From assembly GCA_043228905.1 (NCBI GenBank), contig JBHGNT010000001.1:31248001-31312000 (forward strand): a DNA stretch of 64,000 bases, in the 5' to 3' direction. Source of the DNA: Azolla caroliniana. Lineage: Eukaryota; Plantae; Polypodiophyta. A model generated the notes under the pieces. That model saw only the letters and a list, made by a program, of their open reading frames with translations. It searched no databases and had not been told where the DNA came from. This document shows, piece after piece, positions 48,201 through 61,487 of the stretch (position 1 is its first letter; each line of letters starts with the position of its first letter). The position numbers and the translations under genes are program-made.

Positions 48201-51200
48201 AGTTATCATGATAATGTTTATCATTTTGTACTCAGCCTAGTTACATAGGGAAGCCGCCTAGTTTAGGTACAAATTAGTTATGCGTTATTTTAGCAGACTT
48301 TTATAAGATGTACATGGATGTGATGTTTGGTCTTTTAAAGATGTTAGTATGTTATTTCATTTTCATTTTCTCCCCCCCGCCCCTTTTGAAGTCTGTTCTA
48401 CTAAAGGCAGAAAAGGTTTGTGTGGCTTTTGGCAGAGAGTTGCTCCTGTCTTACCTATTTTGTGAAAATGACAAGCTTGTTCTAGCTTCTTTGAATGTTC
48501 TGATTGCAATGCTTCAAAATACAGGTCAGACCCTCAAGTATAGATCTCAATTTTATTTCTTATCAGGGCTCTGATAGGTCTGCTTTATTTGATTGAAATT
48601 CTATTTTGTTGTTTCCAAGTAAGCAGCCCTAAATGAAACGCTACTGGATGCGTTGGGGATTCTTCCTCAACGCAAGCGGTACAAGAAATTGTTGTTGGTA
48701 TGTGTTTATAAGTTGCACTATCTGTGTCATTTATGCTAAAAATGAATATATATAGCTATCAAGTTGTCCTTATCCCTTCACTAATTCTATGATAACGGGG
48801 GGCTTGTGTGCAGCAAGCTTTGGTGGGGAACAATGCTGATGAAGAGGTTCTTTTCTCTCCTGTGCCTACAAGTGAAGGTGATGACAGCATTGATATCGGT
48901 AGTGTTAGAGCAACTAGTGAAGAGGTGAGCATTACTACTACTCTTTATGTGGAACTACTTCTGTAGCATGCATGTGATGCATTCACAGAGTTCAAATCCA
49001 TCTTGGCATTTTTACAGTTGTACAGCAAGAAAATAGGGTGTTTGACAAGATATAAGTTTGGTTCACTTCAATTCAGTGTTATAAGAAACTTTCATTCCAT
49101 TTGTAAGATCTCGTGGTTTACGATGAAGGAAATTCATTCGTAAAAAAATTATATTTACGTTCTCGATGTATGTGTGAGATTTCTGCATGCATGTGTTGTA
49201 ACATGTATGTGTATGCAACAGACTGATTCAGATATATATGTAATTCGTAAATGGCGGTGTTTGTTCTAACTACTAATTTTCAACGTCAATCATGACATGA
49301 TAGATAATGTCAAAACCAACGAAAAAACCTAGTATAACAGTGTTTGAGCATTCTACAGAGATGATCTCTATGATAGAAATAATTGTTTTCATTCCCAGGT
49401 GCAAGTATTGAAGCTGTATCACAGATTTTTTTGTTTAAAAGTCAACTTTGCCCTCTCTTCTCAGTAGTTCTAGGCTTGTATTATGGGTGCAATGCAATAG
49501 GAACATGAAACAATAAATGAATAAAGTAATTATAAGATGCATGTCCTCATTCTTTACATCACTGATAATGATTATACCAGTTTTTTCTTATCCTTACCAG
49601 CTTTATGGTTGGGGAATTCTGAGATATTATGACTTTCTCACAATCGTTTCTGTCATTCCTTTTTGTTTTTGTTCTACTTGAGGGTGGTGACTATGATCTG
49701 CTTTTGTCTTTTCTTGTATGTGAGGAGGCAAATGATGGATCAACTGTCAATTGAAACAAAAGTACAACCACTGACTGAAAGTTTAGAGATTGACACTACT
49801 TATAGTGAACATATGTCAGGGAAGCAGCAAATCCTCATGTAGGTGTAGACAACCCCCCTCCCAGTCAGCTTAGGTTCCCTGTTTGGTGCAGGAGGTTAAT
49901 CAGTCATTGTATTAGTTATGCGACAAATTATTCATTGATTTCAACCAAACTTCTATGTTTCAGCTTTTTCATTGACATACTAATCCTAGTTTAAACTTTT
50001 CATTCACCTCATGGAGCTTTTCTTTATTTATGTATGAGCTTTTCTTTTTTGTTATCCATTATTATGTATTATTTGGGGTCTTATAGGTTGCTTTGGTCTC
50101 CACAGAGATGTTACTATAGACTTTCTTTCTTTCTGTGTATGTCTTTGCCAAACAAGTGGCACTCTTTTTGGGAGAAGCCAAATCACAGTGCAACAGTAAA
50201 ATAACTTTTCAAATCTTGACCAACCTAACTGAACCCAACATGGGCCATTTCTCCTCAATTTAGACATATATTTTATGAGACTTATATGACGTTCTATTTC
50301 GCAATTTGGATGCTTCTATTTCGTAAGGTGTATATCAGAAACTTTAAATTTGTAATGATCGTAAACACAAAAATTGAATCTTCACTGATTCAAAACCCTA
50401 ACATAGACCTATCTGTGTACCCAAAGTGGTGTCATTTAAGCCTTTGTCATTGCATGCTATTTCATATGGTTAACTTTTAGTGGAAAACATCGTAAATTGT
50501 TGATTTTTTACTGTAGGTATCTCTTTTCCTTATAATCTTAGAGTTTTCTTGTTGAATCCTTAGGTGAGGAGGCTGGACGCTAAGGGAGCCAGCTGTAGTA
50601 GTAATGATGCACATCAAAACATTTCATCCTCGAGTTCACAAACTGATGACCATGTAAGTCCCACCTTTTTTGTGAGCATCTTTTGAGAGTCTTTAATGCT
50701 TCTTATTTCTATAGATGGAATTTCTTTTGGCAATAGTTTATAAAGACCTGCTAAAATTACAGGAAAATATTCCCGAACGTGCTTTTGGTAGTGGAGCTGC
50801 CCACTTGAGTCCAAGAAGGAACAGGTATCAGGCATGTTTTGAACCTTTCTACTGAAGATAAAATTTTCCCTACTTGGTAATGCATTTGAAGTAATAAATT
50901 GACATAGAAACATCCTTATTTGACTATGCGTTTCAGGTATTAGATTCATTGATGAGGCTTCTTTGTCGTAGTCCTTCTCCATGTGCAGAAGCACTGTGGC
51001 ATACAGGATGGTTGCTGCGTCAGCTTTTGCCATATCATGAACAAAAGCTCCGTGATCATCATGTTCTCATGTTGAGTGTAAGTTTTATCATGGTCCAAGT
51101 TGTAAGCTAATTATAAAGTTTCTTAATCTTTGTTTTCAATTGCGAACTAAATGACTGATCTAGCAGTAACTAGGATCTTGGAAACAATGCATATTGATAT

Positions 51201-54003
51201 TTTTTTGATTGTGCATAACTATTTGTGATTTGAGGAATCTCAACGATTTCTGGACTTGTTCATTAATCTTTCCGTGACTTTGGTAATGCATGACAGAAAG
51301 CATATGCTGCAGCCCAAGAAGGCCTCATGAAAGAGACGAAAGACTGCTGGTGTGATTTGGTTCCAGCTTTACTTATCGAAGAATGGAAGGCCTGTAAAAA
51401 AGGTGGAATTCTTGACAGCATTATGCAGCATAGTAACATAAAGGAATTTGCTTTTAAAAAGAGGTTTTGCATTTTGTGCCTTCGTAGCAACGGAAACGTC
51501 AGTTTTAAACAAGGATACTTCTTTTGTGCTGTGGCCAAACCCTAGATCTATGTTCTCAGCTGGTATGTGCTTTTATTTTTATGATTTTGCTCCATAACAT
51601 ATTAATGTCTTGCCACTAAGCGTAATTCATCTATCCTTTCAGGCGATACATCCTCATCTTTTGTTGGAGAGAGAATGCAAACTAGTGTGAAGGTGTGGTA
51701 GTATTGTCGTTGATTCTAGAAATACTTGTCATTGATATCTGGGATTATATATCAAAGCCCTACAGCATTAATGTCTATTATTGTCAGGTTTTTGTGATCT
51801 TGCATCAACTCCGGACATTTATTTTAGAAGGGTCTATACCAGATGCACCTTCACTGAAACAAACTAAGGAGAAAGTACAAAGGCCGAAAACTGGGAGGAT
51901 TGGTGTCCAGATGACTGTTGTAAAACGAGATACTGAAATTGATTTAAGTAAGATACCGCTTACATTGCATTTATAATTCTATTTTGAGTATAGGAGACTA
52001 GTGCTATGCTATCTTTTGGTTTTGAGACTAGGATGGCATGAAGAAAATTCAATCAATACCATCTGGTGAGATTAGGGGACTAGGAGGACCTACAGTTGAG
52101 GGCCAACCTGTTGAAGAAGGCAGCGTATATAGTCTAGGAGAGACGCTTGATAGAATTGAAAGTGAGAGCATCTCAAGATTTAGTGAATGAACGTATTTAT
52201 ATGCACAGGTTAAGAGAGATGCTGGATAGAATCGGAAGTGAGAGTACTCATGCTTTAGTGAATCAATGCACTCATGTGCTACTTTGGACATTTGTATGGC
52301 AGCAGTAATAGTTATGTACATTTGTTTTGGAAGATGAGGAATAACTTTCTTGAGAGCCCTCGAAATTAATTGTAGGGATTTTAAACACATCGAATTCAGG
52401 GAAATTATCTCTGATAATCTGTAATGGTATGTCTTCAGCTGATATTAGGTTTGGTTTAATTTTCAGGTGAGGCTATCCCGTGCAGGATTGCTTTTGAAAA
52501 AGGAAAGGAAAGGGCAGTGTATTTGCTTGTATATTCAAAAGGAACTGATGGATGGTTGATTCTTGCAGAAGATGTACCTCTCAGACCCAAAAGGGGAATT
52601 GTTCGTGTCATTGCAGCCTTAGCAGGATCAAATGTATGTATAAAAAAAGGTCATTTGTTTTACATTATCCATAATGATACTTCAATGCATTTTGCTTCCT
52701 ATTGATCTATAAAGGAAAATTTCCCTATCAATACTGTTAACGCATTTTGCTTCCTATTCATTTGTAAATGCATTCACATATATGCTTTACATGTGTTATA
52801 ATTCAATGCATTTTGCTACCTATTGAAAAGCTAAAATGCATTTTACTTGGTAGTGATATGCAAATGAATTCTGATAATTCAATTCATTTTATCCTTCCTA
52901 TTGTTACATAAAGGTGTTTTATTTCCAATCAATGCTCTGGTACATTTTCCGTTGTATCGATACTTCATATTGATACTCCATTGCATTGGACTTCGTTTTG
53001 ATACTCTAATGCATCTTTCTTCTGATCAGTACTTACATCCATTGCACTCTGTTGATACAATTGCGCGTCGTAGTTACCTACCCTAATCCTGCCTTGTAGT
53101 GATACTTTACATGCACTCTGTTTCCTGGTGATAGTTTACATGCATTGTGCTTCCTAGTGATACTCACCCATTTTTCTTCTTATCTTATGTTTGATGCATT
53201 TACTTCCTATTGATACTCGTTGGTACGCTGGGGATAACAGGCTGATGACACTTAAGTTGGGGATGGAATTCCGCGCATCTATGGTCTTAGTAAAGTAATG
53301 GCTGGTGAATTAGTGGAATCTGATCAGTTTATATGCACCGTGCTTCCTATTAATATTCCATCCAATTTTCTTCCTATATTTAATGTTTGATGCATTTTGC
53401 GTCCTATTGATACTCTAATGCAAATTTCTTCCCAATTTCTGCTGATACTTAGATGATATCATTTTGATATTTCAATAAATTTGGTTCAATTTCTTCCCAA
53501 TCCTGTTGATACTTAGATGATATGATCTTGATATTTTGTTACATTTGGTTTCCTCTTGAGTGATCTTTGGTTGCCATAGGTACGTAACATGGATTTTGCT
53601 TCCCATTTTGATGTTTTACAGTGTATTTGTCTTACCATTGATGCTTAATATGCATTTTCATTGAATAGTGGAATGGGTTTTGCCTCCTTTGTGATATGCA
53701 CAGCCTAGAATCGACGAGGATCACCCAAAATGGTTACATTTGCGGATCCGATCTCCTCAACCTCCATCTACAGATGCTGGGAAAGTTGGGAGCAGTGGGA
53801 GATCTCGTTCGAAGCGCCTTGTTGATGGTAGATGGACACTTGCTTTTCCTGATGAAAAAACGTGCAAGTATGCCCAAACAGCTATGTATGAGGAGATGGA
53901 AATTCAGAGATCTGCCATACAGCATGTTTTGGAACCATTCATTGTCGATTCATCTCTTCTTGTTACAAGCAACAAAGATGATGTTGGCTCTGTAGAGCCA
54001 TAG
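45212..54003 (+). CDS. TT9: CLEC16A/FPL-domain protein, TRANSPARENT TESTA 9 / GFS9-like; 22 exons, ~832 aa
   Basis: Exons 45212-45261, 45357-45408, 45724-45800, 45893-46026, 46298-46394, 46495-46552, 46631-46739, 46863-46986, 47118-47307, 47382-47560, 48436-48524, 48627-48697, 48814-48924, 50564-50653, 50763-50831, 50937-51077, 51297-51402, 51488-51562, 51643-51692, 51788-51947, 52467-52633, 53704-54003 splice in frame (2499 nt). Motifs [82 protein letters not shown]. Confidence 0.93.
52680..53660. repeat. Degenerate intronic minisatellite (core TGCATTTTGCTTCCTATTGATA)
   Basis: More than ten diverged copies of the core fill the last TT9 intron. Confidence 0.8.
53222..53321 (+). other. Organellar DNA micro-insertion: large-subunit rRNA fragment (53222-53249) joined to a plastid atpA fragment (53256-53321)
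   Basis: GGTACGCTGGGGATAACAGGCTGATGAC is the conserved 23S/26S rRNA domain V motif. It is followed by a frame reading [22 protein letters not shown], matching AtpA [22 protein letters not shown]. Confidence 0.8.
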
Positions 54004-57000
54004 ATGAGAAACAAAAAGACATGCAATTATCCTCACAACCCACCAACCATTTGTAATATCTGTCTGATTAAAATCTCAGGCTCATTTTTTTGGTTCCATG
54101 TTATCCTGGGCATTTAATGCACAATGCAATTATTTTTTTACAACCAGTGCTGACAAAGCAAATGTCATGGTATCTTATCCATAAATCTAGCTTGGTTGTA
54201 GATAGAGAAGGCTATGAATCATAGCTAAATGATTACCTTGGTTTTCGAATTTTGCAACCCAATTGTTTTGACCTAGCTTTTGGACTCTTTGTGGCATGTT
54301 TGCAGCCAGCAAAGCTATAGTTCAAAACACACAAAATTAGTTTGTTCGGGATGTGGACTTGGCCTTCAAAAAGTTCAAAACACATGAAATTAGTTTGTTC
54401 TGGATGTATAGTTTGCCTTCCACTTGAAAGGGTTATTCACATGAATTCTTCTTTATCTTTGAGACAATTCAAAACTCTGGAGTCACTTTCCGTTTTCTCT
54501 TCCAAGAATCTTGATTGATATTGTAATCCTTTCAAGTTGAATTTATCTGGCTAACACAAATTACATGATTATAGTTGTCAAAAGTAAAGCGTTCTCTTTT
54601 CTTTTTAATGTGTAGCATTTGAAAGTATTATACTGTATACATATGCTAGCCTTCTGAGAATATATTTTAATACTCAAGGTAATCAAACCTTGATTGATTC
54701 TAAATGTTCTGATTTCCATGGTTAAGAAAATGGCAGAATTCTATGGATAGTATTGCTGATGTGAAAGTGTCTCAGATATATAAACTCAAACCACTACTGA
54801 TCTCAACTATCATTGACAAAATTTTGGATGATCTGTTTGTGTCATTATGAGTGAGATCGAGAGTAGGTTACTTGAGATTTAAAGCTGGTTGTCAACGTTT
54901 GATTCTACATAAGGACTTAACTGTGACAATTATAGTGTTATCCAGGGGATGCTACTTGCATGAATCAATGAAGTGTGGATTTTGTACATCGGATTTTGAT
55001 GTTTATGAGAAATAGGCAGTGGTGGAGGATCTTGAAAGCAACAAGACGGTCCCATATGTTGATTGGTTACTTACACTGTCTTATAGGGTTTCTCAAGTTT
55101 CTATTTGAATATGTGGTGACAAGGAAGTTCCAGATCCCTTACTTTGAACTTGGTTCACACATGTATTCTAAACGGTTACGATTAAGGGTAAATTCCACAT
55201 AAATGGGGACTTGTTGAAAGAAGTGGCTCACCATGCTGAGATTTAGGGTTGGAAAATTAAGAATAGTCTAAAACTGATCAAGGAATTTTTAATTTTCGTT
55301 GGGAACTAACAACTATTACCCATGTACATAGCTTGGAGTTTGCCTTCAATCCATGCGTTTAGATATATTTATTTTATGTTTGGAAGAGGTTGAGGAAAGT
55401 TGCATTTGTTTTTGATGTAATAAAAGGCTTTCCTTTTCAATGACTTATCTAGGAAGACCTAACAATTGCAATTTAGCACAGTTTGAATAACCTCTTTTTC
55501 TCTACGTATAGTGTGCACACATCTATTGGACGATTGTATATATCCTAACAATCCTACCTTGTATACAACTAATATTCCGTGTAGATGTGTGTCGATACCT
55601 CACAATAGATGTTTATATTTCTTATTTCATCTTTATGCTTATCTTTTATGTATTTAATAACAGGGAGAGATAGAAGGCCCTATCTTTAGTAATATATCTT
55701 CCTAATCTAGCATCCTTTCATGTATCTTGGTGAAGTTTGCACTAGCAAAGGGTTTCACGAAAGAATGCATGCTAAACTAATCTTGAATATATCATATACA
55801 TTCAATGAATAGTTAAATAGTTTTAAATTGAAGTTCTCCGTAGCAAAGGGTTTTATGAAAGACACGTGCTAAACTAATCTTGAATATATCATATACATTC
55901 TATGAATAGTTGCTAGCATACTTTCATGTATCCCTAATGAAGGTGTTTGTTTCTACCACCCTTCATTGTCCTAATAGATGTCCTCTAGTGCAATGTAGGT
56001 GCCCTTTCATATTTGACTATTCATCTCCATTCATTTGTCACGTTGATTTTTCCTTTCAAGCTAACACCATTTCGAGGCCATATTGATCATTTGATTTGTT
56101 TTTCTTTCTTTCATTGCATAATGATTGATGTTTGATCTTAACCACATGGCATAGTTAAGACATATTTTTCATAGTCATGTAAGCGTGAAAAGATGAATAA
56201 ATATTTCATACCTTGTTTTTGTGTGGGGGTTATACATATTCATTTTTCTATTCGAAGGATTTCTTAGAACAAACAAATGATAACCTTCATTTTTTGTCAA
56301 AGATGTTGATGTGTGTATGTCGAGATTTCATAATTCCCAATTACCACCTACTTATATTGTTTCACATGGTTGTACAAGTATTTGGTATTTTTAAACTAGC
56401 AATATATTCTCCTAATAGAAAAAGGTAGCAAGTAAAATATTGTTCTTTTATTTAACTCTCCTCCAAATATTTAACTTTTCACAATGTTGATCTTGCTATA
56501 TATAGTGTGTGGTGTAGGCATGAACGTTAGTCTTTGCTGAATGTTACCAATGCCAATTACTTGGATGATCCAATCATCTTATATTCTTATTTTGATGATT
56601 TATGAACGTATATATCATGAAATCCTATTCCCCTCATAAAGAGAACCTGAGTTCCTCCTAAGGTTGATAAGGTTTCAATTTTCCTAGCAAGATAAAATTT
56701 CAAACAATGAGGGTAGGATAGGCCCTTTGGGCTTTTCCAGCTCAAATGACCTTTCAACACATTATAACCTCGTTCATGATGCTTTTATATAAATGTATGA
56801 CGCGTATGTGTTTAAATTAATCATGTCATAGAGAGGAATTAAAGGAAACTCCGTATAGACAGTAGGTTTCTGTACATAGCACACATTGCATGAAATGAAG
56901 TACACCACTAATTTGTACCCGATTAATCATTAGTTATAACTTGATCATCTTGGGAAGCAACGATGCACTTATTTGAATATTGTACGATGGTTGGTTCGCA

Positions 57001-57820
57001 CAAACTCTATTAAAAAAATGAATAACCTTTGATGAATTGCTCAATTGGTTTAAATTATTAGTTGTGCCACTAAAAACACAATATCTTCACTTTGCAATGT
57101 TGTACCATGATTAAGAAATCAAAACACATTATGATATACACCATGGTTTGTGGCTTCATTGAGATGGACTCCCTCTGTCACACAAACATTTATGGACATA
57201 TTGGCAAGCATGTCAATTCAATGACAAATTGTCATGTTGGAGATTCATTACTATCACCATCTTTATTGCCGCAATGCTTTTCCCTTTTGTGTGGATGTTG
57301 GGTGTTTGATGACTTGATCACAATTATAAGAAGCACAATTTCATGTCCCGAACAATGGATGACTTTTCTTAAAATGCATTTATGCCATCAAGTTAATGTC
57401 CAACACCACATGAAAATTCCTCCAAATGAAAATTCGAATATGCCCAAGAAACTCCACAATATATGGGACATCGCACAATAAACCAAAATGTGAGGGAGAG
57501 GATGGGGCCTCATACTCACATGCAAGGATGTATGCGCCAAGGTGAAGTATACCAACGACAATAGTGCAACAGTGGGAGTAATGGGGGTGGGTAAAACAAT
57601 CGAAGGCACTAAGAGAAAATTGTCGTAAAAGACTTCTTGTTAGCTACATTGCATGTAAAATGAGAGTATCCATCTATCCATCCATCCATATAGCTATAAC
57701 TAGAATTATAGGCTATTGAGTGTTGTTGATTTGGTGTCTATTATTATTACTTGGGCTTCTTTCTCTTTCTCTTTTTTTTGCTTTGTGGTTTGTCTTTCAT
57801 TTGAGGTGTATGTATGTGTG

Positions 57821-57866
<46 letters not shown>

Positions 57867-58072
57867 AGTTACAACTAAACTCATCCAATCCATCTCCTTT
57901 AACCCTTGTCCACACATTACACACACACACACACACACACACACAAAACCCCTCCCCTGTTCCCAACACTACTGACTCTAGCACCATCTCTTTCCTTCTT
58001 ATATCTCTTTCTCTCTTCACAAACAGTCAGTCTGTTACCTCAACTTAATGTAGTGTAGCCTAGCCTATAGAG

Positions 58073-61000
58073 ATGCACTTAGAGAAGCCACGGCTTCTCA
58101 TGACCTTCTTTTTCTTCTTCTTCTTCTTCTTCTTCACTACTTTCTCCACACGCCATTTGACAGAGCTAAATGATGATGTGTTGGGCCTTATTGTATTCAA
58201 ATCTGATCTAATCGACAACGCCAATGCATTAAGCACTTGGACTGAAGATGAAGACAGCCCGTGTAATTGGACAGGTATAACTTGCAATGGAAACAGCAGC
58301 AACAGTACTGATGGGAGTGAGGGTAGAGTGATTTCAATTAATTTGAATGGTCTGGGACTCAGTGGGCGTATTAGCAAAAGGGGACTTCAAAAGCTCACCT
58401 ACTTGAGGGTTCTATCACTTGCTTATAACAACATTTCTGGGTCTATTGATATAATAGACGACGAAGATCCGTATGTATACTTGGAGCGAATAGATTTAAG
58501 CTATAATCAGTTGTCGGGCGCGGTAAGCCCAGGATTCGGCAGCATTGTGTCTCTGAAATACGTCGATTTCTCGCACAATTTGCTCTCCGGAACTATACCT
58601 TCGGAATTCTTCTTCTCCAACACTTCTTCTTCTTCATCATCTTCTTCTTCATGTAATTTAGTGTATCTCTCATTGGCATACAACCGAATAGAAGGGAGCA
58701 TTCCTTCTTCCATCGCGTCATGTCTACACATCCGCGGCCTTGACTTGTCGGGGAACCTTCTAGCGGGGCAGGTTCCGGTGGGCGTGAAAGCAATGGACAG
58801 CCTTTCCATGCTGGACTTATCATACAACTCAATCACAGGGGAGCTCATCTTCCCATCAGCCTCTTCCTTAACCCTAGTGGATGTGAGGCTCCAGCGCAAT
58901 TTCTTTCTGGGAGGGATCAGCCAAGAGGTTGGGGATTTCCCGAACTTGGAACACATGGATTTGAGCAACAATTTCCTGTCAGGGGAATTACCTGATGCCA
59001 TTCAGAAGTTGGGCTCCCTCTCCACCTTGAATGTGGCCAATAACCTTTTCAAAGGGAACATTCCTTCATGGGTTGGTAACCTGGCTTCTCTCAAGGTCTT
59101 GAATTTATCTTATAACACACTTCAAGGATCCTTGCCTCCTGCTGGCTATGGCTTCTCAATGTGTGGGGAGTTGCAGACCCTGGACCTCAGCTCCAACAAG
59201 CTCTCAACTTCCATCTCTTCTTCATTGGCCGACTGTTCTTCCCTCATACAAATGTACCCCCCCCCTCCTCCCTTCACCATCATGCCTTTCTTCTTTACAT
59301 CAGCATATTAATCTTCTCTATCTCACCATTGCTAGGCTTCTTTGTTTGCTCATTAATTATATATGATAGGGGTTCTGCAGCCTTCTTCTCTATCTCATCA
59401 TTACTCAATTTTGTTTTCTCCCTCATCTTATCATTTCTCAGGGTTCTCTTTTTTGTTCCTAGGTTTTTTTTAATCTTACATTTACAGTTTTCGTTATTTG
59501 CTCATTATTGCCTTACATAATTAGGGTTTCTTTTTATTCTCATAGGATTGAAAGACAGCATTCTCTGGCAGATCAGAAATCTTTCAACATTTTGTTATGT
59601 CACTTAATTTTTTTTTACACTTTCAAACATTTGTTTATGCTACAAATTACAATAGGGTTTGTGTTTTTTCATTTATTCCAGATATTAAGGGTTTTTTTTT
59701 TTTATCTTTGTCATCATAGGATTGGGATTTCGTATAGAACTGACATTGTTTTCTCTCCCTATTATCGTACATTAGGGTTAGGGATTCCTTATAAGGAATA
59801 ACCCCTTTTTAGCATTGTTGTGCATTAGGGCGTTTTATTATTATTATTATAGGAATGGACATTGTTTACTCATCAGACCCTCCTTAACCCTCTCTTTTTG
59901 TTAAAATATTTATTGTCCAGAAACTTAGCACGGAATCGATTGGAGGGAAACATTCCATCTGTACTGGGTGACCTAAAACAGCTAGAGGTCTTAGACCTCT
60001 CCTACAACAATCTATCGGGAAACATACCTGCAGAATTGGGCAGCCTACAAAACCTAGTGGATCTGAATCTCTCCTACAATCTGCTACAAGGCTCCATCCC
60101 AACCAATGGTGCATTAAGCAAGTTCAATGCCACCACATTCCTGGGGAATGCTGGCCTATGCGGAGATCAAGTGAACATAACATGTGGATCAATGCCCAAG
60201 CCAGTGGTCCTCAATCCAAACTCTGGTTCTGATGGTAGTGGCACCGACGGCATGCCTACGCCGTCCACACGAATCCATATGAAGAAGCTGTTGAGCGTGT
60301 CGGCCATCCTAGCGATCTCGGCAGCAGTCGCGATTTGTGCGGGTATTGTGATTGTGGCGGTCTTGAACAGGTACACCCCAGGTGTGGCCACACATCCTGT
60401 GTCCATGCCCAATGGGCTGGGTCGGCGGTACCGGACAAGCAGCTTCTCGACCCTCTCATCGGGGAGTTCGTTGTCCGACCCCCCGTCCGCCCTGCTGCCC
60501 CCGGCCCCGGTCTTCGGGAAGCTCGTCATGTTCACCAAGAGCTCCAGTGGCGGGATCGCGAATGACCCGAGAGCCGAGGAGTGGATCACGGCCGCGCACG
60601 CCATGCTCACCAAGGATAAGGCCCGACTCAGCGCCCCCAGCACTGTCTACAAGGCCGTCTTGGCAGACGGTAGGACAATGGCCATCAAGAAATTGGTGGC
60701 CATCACAAAGACACAAGAGGAGTTTGAAAAGGAAGTGAAGCTGCTCGGGAAGATCGAGCACCCCAACTTGTTGAGCCTCCGGGGCTTCTACTGGACACCT
60801 GATCTTCAACTACTCATCTATGATTTTATCCCCAATGGCAACCTCTACACAAGGCTGCATGAGGACAATGCTGCTCCTCCTCTCGGGTGGAGGAAGAGGT
60901 TCAACATCGCTCTCGGTGCCGCCCGCGGGCTCGCCCATTTGCATCATGAGTGCCATCCTCATGTCATCCACTACAACATGAAATCCAGCAACATATTGTT

Positions 61001-61487
61001 GGATGGAGAGTACAACCCGAAGATTGTGGACCATGGCCTTGCTAAGCTGCTCCCCATGTTGGACAAATACCTCGTGAGCGGTAAGTTCAACAATGCCCTA
61101 GGCTACATGGCACCCGAGTTTGCGAGCCGAAGCTCCATGATAAACGAGAAGTGCGATGTGTATGGTTATGGCGTTATTCTGCTCGAGCTCATCACCGGGC
61201 GACGCCCTGTCGAGTACCGAGATGATGATGATGTGGTCATTCTCTGCGACTTTGTCCGAGCTCTGCTCGATGGAGGCAATGCCATGAGGTGTGTCGATAC
61301 CAGCATTGTGCCTGACTGCCGAGAGGAAGATGTCCTATCCTTGATGAAATTGGGGGTCATGTGTACCTCGCAAGTCCCATCGAATCGGCCATCCATGGTC
61401 GAGGTTGTGCGGATACTCGAATTCGTCAAGTCCCCGTGGGCAAATACTAGTGACACACCTTGGCAATCTTCCGAAGGGGTTGGATGA
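58073..61487 (+). CDS. LRR receptor-like kinase, subfamily VII (IRK/PXC2-like); 2 exons, ~915 aa
   Basis: Exons 58073-59253 and 59921-61487 join as AT|A in frame (2748 nt). Features: signal peptide, LNDDVLGLIVFKSDL and PCNWTGITC cap, LRRs, FLGNAGLCG, PKPVVLNPN, TM LSVSAILAISAA.., GKLVMF, and kinase motifs HYNMKSSN and ALGYMAPEF. Confidence 0.93.

Noticed and set aside
53222-53249. Functional rRNA gene
   Set aside because: Only 28 bp; treated as an organellar fragment rather than an RNA gene.
54700-57600. Possible gene or pseudogene between TT9 and the RLK
   Set aside because: Only short stop-interrupted frames with no family motif that I can support.
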